Counted from the stretch's first letter, positions 10,116 to 20,416 are shown. The stretch: DNA of 64,000 bases from Candidatus Shapirobacteria bacterium (GCA_041665485.1 JBAYIT010000001.1:8651-72650), one strand, 5' to 3'. Notes: generated by a model not told the origin, from the sequence alone. Numbers and translations are program-made.

Positions 10116-12204
10116 ATTGGTGGTGATATTGGGCTTAATCGGTTTACTGGTGGCGTTTTTAATGATGGTGGTAGAACTACCTAACCCAAAAAAGTTGCAA
10201 AGTAGTGAGTATCCAGAATCTTCAAGAATATATGACAGAAATGGTTTATTGCTTTATGAAATATATGCCGACAAAAGAAGGTCTCCAGTAAAGATTGACC
10301 AAGTACCCAAGTATCTAAAGGAGGCGACGGTGGCAATTGAAGATGCCAACTTTTATCATCATATTGGTTTCGACATAAAAGGAATCGGTCGAGCAATATA
10401 CCGGACTTTGTTTAGGAAAAGAATCGAGGGCGGATCAACATTGACCCAGCAATTGGTTAAAAATGCCCTTTTAACTCCGGAAAAAACTATTTCCCGAAAA
10501 GTCAAAGAGGCATTCTTAACTCTGGCAACGGAAATAATTTATAGTAAAGAGCAAATACTAGAGATGTATTTAAATCAGACACCTTACGGAGGAACAATGT
10601 GGGGGGTGGAAGCGGCAGCAAATGGCCTTTTTAATAAAACGGTTGATAAGTTAGATCTGGCAGAATCGGCAATGATTGCCGGCTTGCCCGGATCACCGAC
10701 GAGATATTCTCCTTTTGCTTATCCAGAGGTGGCTAAAAAAAGGCAAGCTTTGGTTTTAAAGAGGATGGTTGAGGAAAAGTACATAACGGCAGAACAGGCA
10801 AGAGAGGCGGAAAACGAGGAACTTAAATACTTTGTTAGTAGAGTAGGGATTGAAGCACCTCATTTTGTTTTTTATGTCAAAGAGCAGTTAATTGAAAAGT
10901 ACGGAATTAAAAAAGTTAACGAAGGAGGTTTGAAGGTGATAACCACTTTAGATTTGACGATAGAGCAAATGGCAGAAAAAATAGTTGAAGAAGAATTGGC
11001 TAAGCTAAGTAAATTAAGGGTTAGTAATGGGGCAGTTTTGATAACTAAGCCGGATACCGGAGAAATATTGGCAATGGTTGGATCTAAAGATTATTTTGCT
11101 AACGATATTGATGGTAAGTTTAATGTGACAACCGCTCTAAGACAGCCTGGGAGCTCAATTAAACCGTTTAATTATGCCTTAGGAATAGAGACAGGAAAAG
11201 TGACGGCAGCGAGTGTTTTTTATGACGGGCCGACTTGTTTTGAATCTGTAGGGCAAAAAAATTATTGTCCAACAAATTATGGAGGAAATTACTTTGGAAT
11301 CCAAACACTAAGAAACTCTCTGGCAAGTTCTTTAAATATCCCGGCGGTGAAAATGCTTAAAATTAACGGCTTGGAAACGTTCGTGGCGTCAGCAGCAGCA
11401 ATGGGAATAACCACTTTAACCAATCCGGATAATTACGGATTGTCACTAACATTGGGAGGAGGAGAGGTAACAATGATGGATATGGCGACGGCTTTTGGGA
11501 CAATTGCCAATGCCGGAGTAAAACAAAATTTAATAACAATAAGGGAAACAACGGGAAAAGGATCAGAAAAACTGGAAGAATATGGTTTTATCCCGGGAGA
11601 GAGAAAATTATCAAGAGAGACAGCCTTTATAATTTCTCAAATATTATCTGACGATAACGCCAGAGCGATGGTATTTGGTCGAGGCTCAATGTTAAATATT
11701 AAAGGTCATCCAGAGGTGGCAGTAAAGACAGGAACGACAAACGACATGAGAGATAACTGGACGATTGGTTATACCCCTGATTTGGTGGTGGCAACTTGGG
11801 TAGGAAACAATAACAACACCAAAATGGGAGGATTAGTTTCGGGGACAACCGGAGCAGCACCAATTTGGAACAAGATAATGACTAAGATTTTGGCCGATAA
11901 ACCAATAAGGAAAGTCGGCAAACCGGATGGAGTAAAAACGGCAGTAGTTTGTAATTTAACGGGAATGTTGGTGCCGGAAGAAGGTTGTGAGTCTCATCAG
12001 GAATACTTCAAAGAAGGCTTCGAACCAAAAACAAGGGTAAGCCTGACAAGAAACGTGTTGATAGATAAAGATACCGGTCAAATAGTAAAGGAGGGGGAAG
12101 AAAAAACCAACGTAGAGTGGCAAAATCATCCGGTAGTGGAAGACGTAACAGGAGCATTAGTTTGTCTTGACTGCCCAAAAATAGAAAATGGAAATGGTAA
12201 TTAA
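10078..12204 (+). CDS. Class A penicillin-binding protein (transglycosylase/transpeptidase)
   Basis: EDANFY, GGSTLTQQLVK and RKVKE TG motifs; SSIK, SLN and KTG TP motifs. Confidence 0.95.
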   Translation: MMTKILKRLKITKLVVILGLIGLLVAFLMMVVELPNPKKLQSSEYPESSRIYDRNGLLLYEIYADKRRSPVKIDQVPKYLKEATVAIEDANFYHHIGFDIKGIGRAIYRTLFRKRIEGGSTLTQQLVKNALLTPEKTISRKVKEAFLTLATEIIYSKEQILEMYLNQTPYGGTMWGVEAAANGLFNKTVDKLDLAESAMIAGLPGSPTRYSPFAYPEVAKKRQALVLKRMVEEKYITAEQAREAENEELKYFVSRVGIEAPHFVFYVKEQLIEKYGIKKVNEGGLKVITTLDLTIEQMAEKIVEEELAKLSKLRVSNGAVLITKPDTGEILAMVGSKDYFANDIDGKFNVTTALRQPGSSIKPFNYALGIETGKVTAASVFYDGPTCFESVGQKNYCPTNYGGNYFGIQTLRNSLASSLNIPAVKMLKINGLETFVASAAAMGITTLTNPDNYGLSLTLGGGEVTMMDMATAFGTIANAGVKQNLITIRETTGKGSEKLEEYGFIPGERKLSRETAFIISQILSDDNARAMVFGRGSMLNIKGHPEVAVKTGTTNDMRDNWTIGYTPDLVVATWVGNNNNTKMGGLVSGTTGAAPIWNKIMTKILADKPIRKVGKPDGVKTAVVCNLTGMLVPEEGCESHQEYFKEGFEPKTRVSLTRNVLIDKDTGQIVKEGEEKTNVEWQNHPVVEDVTGALVCLDCPKIENGNGN
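11080..11132 (+). repeat. 53-bp exact repeat shared by the two PBP genes (second copy 13259-13311)
   Basis: GGATCTAAAGATTATTTTGCTAACGATATTGATGGTAAGTTTAATGTGACAAC read at both positions. Confidence 0.9.
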
Positions 12205-14218
12205 AATACTGATTGGATTGGGGAAGCCAATATTACTTGGAATAAAGGTAGTATTAAAACATTTTGGTTATGTCTTTTTGACGCTAATTTTGATGGTAAT
12301 GACGGGAGGTTTGGTTTGGGGTTGGCAAAGAGTAATTGCCGGAATGCCCAACATCGACAAAATTTATGAACCGCCGTCAATGACCTCAAAGATCACCGAT
12401 AGAAATGGACGAGTACTTTACAAATATTATGAAAAAGAAAACAGAAGCTGGGTAAACCTGGAAAAGATCCCCAAGGTAATGGTAGAAGCAACCTTGGCAA
12501 TTGAGGATAAAGATTTTTATAATCATCACGGAATCTCTTGGAGAGGAATAATAAAGGCAATTTGGCATAATTTTACGACGAGAGGCAATAATAATGGATT
12601 GTGGGGCGGTTCAACAATAACTCAACAATTGGCAAAAAATGTTTTCCTAAACGGTGAAAAAACATGGGTGAGAAAAGCCAGAGAGGCAATATTGGCAATA
12701 ATGTTGGAAAGAAAGTTAACTAAAGATGAAATTTTAGAAAGATATTTTAATCAAGTCCCCTATGGTGGAGAAATCTATGGGGTAGCAGAGGCGGCAAAAA
12801 AATTTTTTGACAAAGATATCAGTGAAATTAGCGTAGCCGAGGCAACGTTTTTGGCGGGATTGCCGGCAGCGCCAACAGCTTATTTACCACGAAAGGGAGA
12901 TTTGGAGTTAGGCAAAGAGAGACAAAAACAAGTATTGAATCAGATGGTAACGGCGGGCTATTTAACTGAGATGGAGGCAGACAAAATCAGCAGGGAAGAA
13001 CTAAAGATTATCGAACCAAGAATCGCGATTAAGGCGCCACACTTTGTTTTTTATATTAGGGACTATCTTAAGGACAAAATGGGGATTGAAAATATTGGCC
13101 GACAGGGGTTAACGGTCAAAACGACACTTGATCTTGATCAACAATTAATAGCAGAAAAGATTGTAAAAAATGAAGTGGAAAAGGTAAGGGGTTTGGGAAT
13201 TAGTAATGGAGCGGCACTAGTACTTGAGGTCAGGACAGGAAAAATACTGGCGATGGTGGGATCTAAAGATTATTTTGCTAACGATATTGATGGTAAGTTT
13301 AATGTGACAACGGCCCTAAGACAGCCGGGGAGCTCAATTAAACCGATCAACTATCTTCTCGCCATACAGAACGGAAAAACATTAATGGATATGATTGATG
13401 ACAGCCCGGTAACTTATTACGTTAAGGGCCAGAAACCATATAGCCCGCAAAATTATAATGGCAAATACATGGGAAGAGTGACTTTAAAAACAGCCCTGGC
13501 GTCTTCCTTAAATGTGCCGTCAGTAAAACTGCTGGCGGAAAATGGAGTGGAGGAAATGATTGATTTGGGGAGAAAAATGGGAATAACCAGCTGGGATCAA
13601 CCAAATCGATTTGGTTTATCATTGGCCTTAGGGAGCGGTGAAGTGAAAATGACCGAACTTTCCCAGGCATACAGTATCTTTGCCAATTTGGGGGAAAAAG
13701 CAGAAATTAATCCGATTGTTTTAATCGAAAATTACATGGGAGAAACGGTATACGAAAGAATAAACGAGACAAGAATGGTGGTAGAGCCAAAATATGCCTT
13801 TTTAATAAACCAAGCTTTGGCAGATAACGAAGCTAGAACACCGATTTTTGGAGCAAATTCTAAATTGAAAATAACGGGAAAGACGGTAGCAGTAAAAACC
13901 GGGACGACAAATAGTCTTCGAGACAATTGGTGTATTGGTTGGACACCGGATTTGTTGGTGGCAACTTGGGTGGGAAATAATGATAATCACCCGATGGGAT
14001 GGGTGGCTTCAGGAGTTAGCGGAGCAACGCCAATATGGTATGAAATCATGAGCCAAGCATTAGCAAAAAAAGGGAATATGGAATGGGAGCCACCAATGGA
14101 TGTTTATAAGGCTAGCGTCTGTGGAAAAGAAGAGTATTTTACCGACGGAAGGGAAATAAATATAAAATGCCCGATGTTAAAACCGACCGGTGAACCCCCA
14201 GTAAAGACGGTCAACTAA
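12188..14218 (+). CDS. Class A penicillin-binding protein, tandem paralog
   Basis: EDKDFY, GGSTITQQLAK, SSIK, SLN and KTG motifs. Confidence 0.95.
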   Translation: MEMVIKILIGLGKPILLGIKVVLKHFGYVFLTLILMVMTGGLVWGWQRVIAGMPNIDKIYEPPSMTSKITDRNGRVLYKYYEKENRSWVNLEKIPKVMVEATLAIEDKDFYNHHGISWRGIIKAIWHNFTTRGNNNGLWGGSTITQQLAKNVFLNGEKTWVRKAREAILAIMLERKLTKDEILERYFNQVPYGGEIYGVAEAAKKFFDKDISEISVAEATFLAGLPAAPTAYLPRKGDLELGKERQKQVLNQMVTAGYLTEMEADKISREELKIIEPRIAIKAPHFVFYIRDYLKDKMGIENIGRQGLTVKTTLDLDQQLIAEKIVKNEVEKVRGLGISNGAALVLEVRTGKILAMVGSKDYFANDIDGKFNVTTALRQPGSSIKPINYLLAIQNGKTLMDMIDDSPVTYYVKGQKPYSPQNYNGKYMGRVTLKTALASSLNVPSVKLLAENGVEEMIDLGRKMGITSWDQPNRFGLSLALGSGEVKMTELSQAYSIFANLGEKAEINPIVLIENYMGETVYERINETRMVVEPKYAFLINQALADNEARTPIFGANSKLKITGKTVAVKTGTTNSLRDNWCIGWTPDLLVATWVGNNDNHPMGWVASGVSGATPIWYEIMSQALAKKGNMEWEPPMDVYKASVCGKEEYFTDGREINIKCPMLKPTGEPPVKTVN

Positions 14219-14749
14219 AACAGGAATAAGCTCGGACGACTCCGGTGGTGACTTAATAATCATAAAAAATGGGTTTTGAGGGATGTTGACGTATAGACAA
14301 GTGACATCACTTTGGGGATTGTATTGATGTAAATCAAATCCTTTGGGAAGAAGATCAAAAACTGGTCCAGAAGTAAGGAGTGGGGTTTTTTGGGTAAAAG
14401 CAAGGAGTTTACTGATCTGATCTGGAGAACCAATTTGATCAGGATTTTTTGACCAAATTAGATTTTGATTGTTTTGGGAAGCACCACCAACATAAAAAGA
14501 CCAATCAATAAAGTCCTGGCTAATAACAGGAAATGAGACTTCTGGAGTGGAAATTGATTTTTTAGGACTTAATGAAAACTGACGATAAAGCATAAAAACA
14601 AGAGGCAAAAAAATAGTGAGAGTCATGATGACAAAAACTAGGCGACGTTTGGAAGAGAGGTTTTTGTCTTGGGAAAGGGTTTCCACCAAGTCGAGCTGTT
14701 CACTCTCTTGAGAACGACCTTTTCTGACTTTTTCTGGTTTCGGAAGCAT
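14177..14749 (-). CDS. Hypothetical single-pass membrane protein (start placed at ATG 14749)
   Basis: One TM segment; the longer ORF start would overlap the MFS gene. Confidence 0.65.
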   Translation of the reverse strand: MLPKPEKVRKGRSQESEQLDLVETLSQDKNLSSKRRLVFVIMTLTIFLPLVFMLYRQFSLSPKKSISTPEVSFPVISQDFIDWSFYVGGASQNNQNLIWSKNPDQIGSPDQISKLLAFTQKTPLLTSGPVFDLLPKGFDLHQYNPQSDVTCLYVNIPQNPFFMIIKSPPESSELIPVLVDRLYWGFTGRF

Positions 14750-14777
14750 ATTTAGACTAATAGTATAATACACACTA

Positions 14778-15950
14778 ATGTCTATTTCTGTCCATTCAAA
14801 CGTTAAATTCCTAACTTGGTTTAATTTTTTTGTTGACTTTACCTTGTATGGCCCAATTGCCATCTTATATTTTTCAAAGGTGGCCGGGTCGTATGCATTG
14901 GGGTTGTCAATTTTTTCGATAGAAATGATATCTTCGAGTATTTTTGAACTGCCAACAGGAGTGTTATCGGATTATATCGGAAGACGAAAAACAGTAATTT
15001 ATGGGGCAATGTGCGCTTTGATGGCGGGAATTTTTTATGCTTTAGGGGTTAATTATTGGTATTTATTTGTCGGGGGAATTTTTGCCGGTTTGGCGAGGTC
15101 TTTTTATAGTGGAAACAACGCTGCCCTGCTCCATGAATCATTGAGAGAAAATAATCAGGAAGAGGAATATTCAAAATATTCAGGACAAACGAGTTCGATG
15201 TTTCAAGTGGCTTTAGCGGTTTCAGCTCTCCTTGGTGGAATAATTTCATACTGGTCGTTTCCAGCAGTAATGTGGTTATCAGTACTCCCCCGACTGTTGG
15301 GTTTGCTAGTAGCATTTAAATTAATTGAGCCAAAGTTACTAGATAATAAAAGTGAAAATAATATTTTGACTCATCTTAAAGAATCGGTGGCTAACTTTAA
15401 ACGAAACCGAGAATTAAGAAGTTTGAATATTGTGTCTATTTTGAATTATGGAATCGGAGAAACGATGCATCAGTTTAAAGCGGCGTTTATTGCCACTCTC
15501 TGGCCGGTATGGGCAATAGGCATATCTGGCACTTTGACCCATGTTTGGGCAACGATTGGATTTAGGACTGGATCGTATTTGTCAAAGAAATTTGGTTTTT
15601 TGAAAGTGTTGTTTTTAGGAAGCATTTTTAACCGATTTTTTAGCATTTTTATGCTGTTAACGGCAAACGTGATATCGCCCTTAATTATGCCTTTTACATC
15701 TTTTACATATGGGGTAAGTTCGGTGGCTCAAGATACATTATTTCAGAAGCATTTTACCAATCGAGAAAGGGCGACTATGGGCAGTTTAAACAGTTTGGCA
15801 GGAAATTTATTTTTTGGATTATTTGCCCTAGTTTTTGGGATGTTGGCGGACAAAATTCGGCCAACACAAGCAATGATTGTTGGCGAGGTGTTGATGTTTT
15901 CGGTAGTTTACATCTACTGGCGATTGTATAGAACGGAAAAAGCAAGATAA
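14778..15950 (+). CDS. MFS transporter
   Basis: ELPTGVLSDYIGRR motif A; about 12 TM segments. Confidence 0.92.
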   Translation: MSISVHSNVKFLTWFNFFVDFTLYGPIAILYFSKVAGSYALGLSIFSIEMISSSIFELPTGVLSDYIGRRKTVIYGAMCALMAGIFYALGVNYWYLFVGGIFAGLARSFYSGNNAALLHESLRENNQEEEYSKYSGQTSSMFQVALAVSALLGGIISYWSFPAVMWLSVLPRLLGLLVAFKLIEPKLLDNKSENNILTHLKESVANFKRNRELRSLNIVSILNYGIGETMHQFKAAFIATLWPVWAIGISGTLTHVWATIGFRTGSYLSKKFGFLKVLFLGSIFNRFFSIFMLLTANVISPLIMPFTSFTYGVSSVAQDTLFQKHFTNRERATMGSLNSLAGNLFFGLFALVFGMLADKIRPTQAMIVGEVLMFSVVYIYWRLYRTEKAR

Positions 15951-15951
15951 T

Positions 15952-16866
15952 TTATTTCCTTATCTGTTTTAGGGTTAAGAGGCCGGGTTTGGCGCCGATG
16001 AAGCTGACAACTGAAGCAGAGTTTTTAATCCCCCACTCGAGGGCTTGTTCGGGAGATAGATTATGGGCTAGAGCAGCAACAAAAGCGGAACCAAAAGCAT
16101 CACCAGCGCCAGTTTCGTCAACAGGCTTAGTGTTAATAATGGGAGAATAAAGCTTTTTTGTTGGAGTGAGGATGTAAGCTCCATCACGGCCATTGGTGAC
16201 AGCAACCAAAGGGCAGTTCCAGGAATTAATTTTTGGCCAAAAACGAGAATCAGAAAATTCAAGACCGGTTAACATCTCTGATTCAACCCGATTTAAAAGA
16301 AGGAAATCAACTAGAGGCAAAAATGATTCGAGTTGACGACGGAGAAGAAGTTCTCCCCGACCAGGGTTAAGGGATATTTTTGTATGATTTTCTCTGGCAA
16401 AACCAATTATTTTTTCCAAAAGGGAAAGATTGCCCTCAAGTGAGGTGATGTAAAACCATCCGGCGGATTTTAGCGAGGACCATTTAACGTTTTTGGACTC
16501 CAAACGACTTGGGCCACGTTGAGTTAGAATGGTTCGGCCACCATCGGGAGCAATTAAAATAACTGAAAAATCAGTATCTTCTTTTGATTGATAAACCAAA
16601 CTATTAACTTTTTCGGAAGCAAGATTGTTAATAATTATCTCTGAAAACGGATCGGAACCAATCAGAGAAAGACAGGCTGATTTCAAACCAAGACGAGAAA
16701 AGGAGACAGAGGAATTGGTGGCGCCACCACCGGAGCAGACCAAGGTTTGTTTAACTTCGTTTTTGGAGGAATAGGGTAAAAGAAGACGGTTTTGTTTGAC
16801 TTCAAAAATGTTGGATTTAAGAAAAATGTCGAATGTAGCAGCGCCAATAGAAACAATATCGATCAT
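15952..16866 (-). CDS. PfkB family carbohydrate kinase
   Basis: GGGATN and DETGAGDAF signatures. Confidence 0.92.
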   Translation of the reverse strand: MIDIVSIGAATFDIFLKSNIFEVKQNRLLLPYSSKNEVKQTLVCSGGGATNSSVSFSRLGLKSACLSLIGSDPFSEIIINNLASEKVNSLVYQSKEDTDFSVILIAPDGGRTILTQRGPSRLESKNVKWSSLKSAGWFYITSLEGNLSLLEKIIGFARENHTKISLNPGRGELLLRRQLESFLPLVDFLLLNRVESEMLTGLEFSDSRFWPKINSWNCPLVAVTNGRDGAYILTPTKKLYSPIINTKPVDETGAGDAFGSAFVAALAHNLSPEQALEWGIKNSASVVSFIGAKPGLLTLKQIRK

Positions 16867-17702
16867 GAAATTGTCGAAAAAGTATTAATTTTATCGATAA
16901 CAACTTTGGTAACATCGTCAATAACTGGTGTGAGATAGTCGTAAATTTTATCAGACTGAGTACTATTGATTTCGCGAAGGAGAGAACTTTTGTATTGGTT
17001 ACGAAGATCGGTATTAATATTGATTTTGACGACGCCAAGTTTGATGGCCTGATGGATGGCGTCAAGATCAATGCCGGAGCCACCGTGAAGAGTAAAAAGA
17101 ACTGAAGGCGGAACAACTTGCTTAATTTTATTAAGTCGGTCAAGATCAATTTTTTCTGGAGTAAGGGTGTTAACACCGTGGAGGTTGCCAATAGAAATAG
17201 CGAGAAGATCGGGGTTAGTTGTCAGGACAAACTCAGCGGCTTGATCGGGGTCAGTAAAACTATCGGGGGAGATTTCTGAGCCGGAAAGATTGATCCTGTT
17301 AAATTCAGTTTCAATAATAATTTCGGGGCTAATTTGCCTGGCTGACTTGACAAATTCTTGAGATCGGGAAAGTCCGGTTAAATAATCAAGCGAAGAGGCA
17401 TCGAAGTGAAGCATGTCAAAACCTAACCTGGCCAATTCCAAAAGGCGGGCGGTGTCCTGGCCGTGGTCCATATTAAGATAGATTGGCAAACCGTCGATGT
17501 TAGCTTTTTTAACTAATATTAAAAGACGTTTGGCGTCGATAAATTTATCTTCGCCGGCAGAAAGTTGGACAATACAAGGCAGGTTGGTTTTCTTGACCGC
17601 CAATTCAACAGCTTGATAAATTTCGAAAGAATCAATGTTAAAGGCAGGAATAGCCTTGTGACCCTGAAAAGAAGTCAGTAATTGTTTGAGGGGTGTGATC
17701 AT
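16863..17702 (-). CDS. fba: Class II fructose-bisphosphate aldolase
   Basis: AIPAFN, DHG, IGNLHG, LHGGSG and KININTD motifs. Confidence 0.9.
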   Translation of the reverse strand: MITPLKQLLTSFQGHKAIPAFNIDSFEIYQAVELAVKKTNLPCIVQLSAGEDKFIDAKRLLILVKKANIDGLPIYLNMDHGQDTARLLELARLGFDMLHFDASSLDYLTGLSRSQEFVKSARQISPEIIIETEFNRINLSGSEISPDSFTDPDQAAEFVLTTNPDLLAISIGNLHGVNTLTPEKIDLDRLNKIKQVVPPSVLFTLHGGSGIDLDAIHQAIKLGVVKININTDLRNQYKSSLLREINSTQSDKIYDYLTPVIDDVTKVVIDKINTFSTIS

Positions 17703-18649
17703 GATTTTTGGGAAAGTAAATTATTAATTGATTTTTCAATGTCTGATGGCGACAAGCCGTAGTGCTGATAAAGAAGTTCGGGGGTGCCAGATTGGCCAAA
17801 AGAGTTATCAACGGCTAGGTGGGCGAATTTAACTTTGACACCAGAAGTGGCAATAAGGTGGGAGACGGCCTCGCCTAAACCGCCAATTTTTTGGTGATCT
17901 TCAATGACTAAACAATGGCCGGTTTTTTTAAGAGATTTAAGGATAGTCTCTTCGTCTAAAGGCTTGAGAGAAGAACAGTTAATAATTTCTAATTTCCAAT
18001 TTCTAATGTCTAAACTTAGGACTGAAGTGAGGAGGGGGCCGTAACCAAGAATAGTAATGTCTTTACCGGCATGGAGAAGATAAGATTTACCGATAGTAAA
18101 GGATTTTTTTGAATCATAATAATTTTCTGACGAAGGGCGACTAAGACGGATGTAGCAAGGAAGATGGCTTTGAGAAACGGTAGTGACGATTTTTTTGGTC
18201 TCGACGGCATCAAGTGGGGCAAAGACGTGGAGACCAGGCATAGTCCGAGTTAAAGCGATATCTTCAAGCATTTGGTGAGTAGCGCCAAGGTCGCCACTTG
18301 CCAGACCAGCGTGAGAACCGATAATTTTGACGTTGGCATGGTTCATACAAATAGACTGTTTGATAACCCCCCAATTGAGGGCGGGGGAAAAACAAGCAAA
18401 GGAAGTGAGGAAAACAACTTTACCGTTCTTGGCGAGGCCAGCAGCTACGCCTGTGGCGTTAGACTCGGCCACACCGGCTTCGATAAATCTCTTAGCAAAG
18501 TCTTGTTTAAATTTTTCTAAGAATAGGGAGGGGTAAAGGCCGGCGTCGACAACGTAGATGCGAGGATCGACCTTGGCGAGTTGGTATAAAGTGTCGCCAA
18601 AAGACTGACGCATGGAGGTTAGAGTTTGTTTAGGTCGCGTTGGGCGCAT
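17699..18649 (-). CDS. Transketolase, C-terminal subunit
   Basis: GVAESN, GATHQMLED, YIRLSR, KPLD and EDHQKIGGLG motifs. Confidence 0.92.
   Translation of the reverse strand: MRPTRPKQTLTSMRQSFGDTLYQLAKVDPRIYVVDAGLYPSLFLEKFKQDFAKRFIEAGVAESNATGVAAGLAKNGKVVFLTSFACFSPALNWGVIKQSICMNHANVKIIGSHAGLASGDLGATHQMLEDIALTRTMPGLHVFAPLDAVETKKIVTTVSQSHLPCYIRLSRPSSENYYDSKKSFTIGKSYLLHAGKDITILGYGPLLTSVLSLDIRNWKLEIINCSSLKPLDEETILKSLKKTGHCLVIEDHQKIGGLGEAVSHLIATSGVKVKFAHLAVDNSFGQSGTPELLYQHYGLSPSDIEKSINNLLSQKS
17984..18011 (+). repeat. In-frame 7-bp tandem array inside transketolase C
   Basis: AATTTCT AATTTCC AATTTCT AATGTCT; encodes DIRNWKLEI. Confidence 0.7.
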
Positions 18650-19380
18650 AGGTAGAGATCTTCGGAAAGATTTTTAACGTCATGATATTTATGGTTGTTT
18701 TTAGCAAACGAGAGACCAGAACCGAAGACAGTATGGGCAATAATACAGTTGGGATAATTAGAATGGGTGGCTTTTTTGAGAGCCGAAGTGATTTTGCCAA
18801 AATTATGACCGTCTACTTCAGTAACTGTCCAACCGAAACGAACATATTTAGCGGCTAGGTCGCCCTGGGGCATAATCTCGTCAGTACTACCGCCGATTTG
18901 ATAACGATTAACATCGACAATATTGATTAAATTACCAAGATGATATTTGGCGGCAAATTGGGCAGCTTCCCAAACTTGGCCTTCTTGATGTTCGCCGTCG
19001 GTAGTAAGACAAATAATATGATTAGAACTGCCTATGGCTAAACCGGCAGAAAAAGATAATCCCTGACCGAGAAGCCCAGAGGAATAATTAACGCCGGGGG
19101 TTTCAGTGGAGATGTGGCCCTGCAAAATTGAGCCAAAACTAGCATAGGAGGAAAGGTACTCTTTGGGAAAATAGCCGGCGTGAGCTAAAACAACGTAAAG
19201 AGCGGGAGCGAGGTGGCCGGCAGAGAGAATAAATTTATCAAGCTTCAAATTAAAAATTTCACCAAAACAAACGGCAATCATAAGGTCAAGGGAGGAAAAA
19301 GAGCCGCCAAGATGACCACCGCCAGAGTGGTAAATTAGGTCAAGTAGATCGAGCCGGAGCTCTTTTCTGAGGCTTTGCAT
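18619..19380 (-). CDS. Transketolase, N-terminal subunit (start placed at ATG 19380)
   Basis: GHLGGSFS, ILSAGH, LQGH, GLLGQG and DGEHQEGQVWEA TPP-binding motif. Confidence 0.92.
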   Translation of the reverse strand: MQSLRKELRLDLLDLIYHSGGGHLGGSFSSLDLMIAVCFGEIFNLKLDKFILSAGHLAPALYVVLAHAGYFPKEYLSSYASFGSILQGHISTETPGVNYSSGLLGQGLSFSAGLAIGSSNHIICLTTDGEHQEGQVWEAAQFAAKYHLGNLINIVDVNRYQIGGSTDEIMPQGDLAAKYVRFGWTVTEVDGHNFGKITSALKKATHSNYPNCIIAHTVFGSGLSFAKNNHKYHDVKNLSEDLYLCAQRDLNKL

Positions 19381-19408
19381 AGTTAATGATAGAATAATTG
19401 TTACCAAA

Positions 19409-19933
19409 ATGGAAAGATACAGGAAAAGCATATGGGGTTTTGTGGCCAAAAAGATAGATGATGTGGGAGTAGTCGAGGAAATAACCAATGATGTAATGAT
19501 GGCAGGAATGATAGGTAGGCCAGGTTTTCGCCAAGAAGCGGGAGAATTTAGCTGGCTTTGCTCGATTGCCAAACACAAAGTAATTGATTACTACCGAAAA
19601 AAGAAATTAAAAACGATTTTGTTTTCCAGCAACCCAATGTGGGAAGAAGTGGCCAGCGAAGCAATTGGGCCGGAAAGGGACGCTCTAAAAAATGAATTAA
19701 AACAGGAGATAAATAAAACTCTTAGGGAGCTGGGAGAAGGATATGAAAAATTGTTGCGACTTAAGTATGTAGAGGGCCTCAAAATTGCTGAAATTGCCAA
19801 ACTGTTTAAATCAAGTGTTAAGGCGATTGAATCGAAGTTAATTCGGGCAAAGATGAGGTTTCGAAACAATTGGGCTTATGATAAAGCAACATATAAAGAA
19901 AATCGGAAAATTAACGGCACTGATCGGGGTTAG
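19409..19933 (+). CDS. ECF-type RNA polymerase sigma factor
   Basis: FSWLCSIAKHKVIDYYRK region 2; LKYVEGLKIAEIA...RAK region 4. Confidence 0.88.
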   Translation: MERYRKSIWGFVAKKIDDVGVVEEITNDVMMAGMIGRPGFRQEAGEFSWLCSIAKHKVIDYYRKKKLKTILFSSNPMWEEVASEAIGPERDALKNELKQEINKTLRELGEGYEKLLRLKYVEGLKIAEIAKLFKSSVKAIESKLIRAKMRFRNNWAYDKATYKENRKINGTDRG

Positions 19934-20213
19934 ACAGGGGTGGTTTTTGCTAAGAAATACTTACAATCTGTTAACCAAGCCGGAAATTAGTTTTAGGGAG
20001 ATTTGGGCGAAGAAAGATAAATCGGAGATATTTTTTTTAATAATACTGGCAACACTGCCCAGCTGGGGGTATGGGGTTTTAAGGCTAGTTTGGGATAAAT
20101 ATAATTATGGGCAAGTTTTGCGAACAGCAGGGTTGGTGTTTGATGTAGTAGTGACTTTACAAATCCTAATCTTGGTATTTATTGGTTATTGGGGATGGAG
20201 GGGGAGGAAATGA
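19878..20213 (+). CDS. Small membrane protein
   Basis: Two hydrophobic segments; overlaps the sigma gene 3' end. Confidence 0.6.
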   Translation: MIKQHIKKIGKLTALIGVRQGWFLLRNTYNLLTKPEISFREIWAKKDKSEIFFLIILATLPSWGYGVLRLVWDKYNYGQVLRTAGLVFDVVVTLQILILVFIGYWGWRGRK

Positions 20214-20416
20214 TTTTTTCTGAAGGACCGGCAAGAAATTGGAGAACAAGACAACAGAGGTATTTGTTAAAAGCAGAGATTTGTGACAATTGCAGTAAGG
20301 CCATATTCCCGCCAAGGGATGTCTGCCCACATTGCGCCGAGATTAAGATGAGGGATATTATTCTCTGGCAAGGTTTACTAGAAATTCAAGTGAGGCCGAC
20401 AGAGAATCAAGGTTAG
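20210..20416 (+). CDS. DUF35 N-terminal-like zinc-ribbon protein, no OB-fold
   Basis: RYLLKAEICDNCSKAIFPPRDVCPHC; GGAGG before ATG 20210. Confidence 0.7.
   Translation: MIFSEGPARNWRTRQQRYLLKAEICDNCSKAIFPPRDVCPHCAEIKMRDIILWQGLLEIQVRPTENQG

Noticed and set aside
17699-19380. Transketolase split as a frameshift or pseudogene
   Set aside because: Two-subunit transketolases are well known, and both halves have intact motifs.
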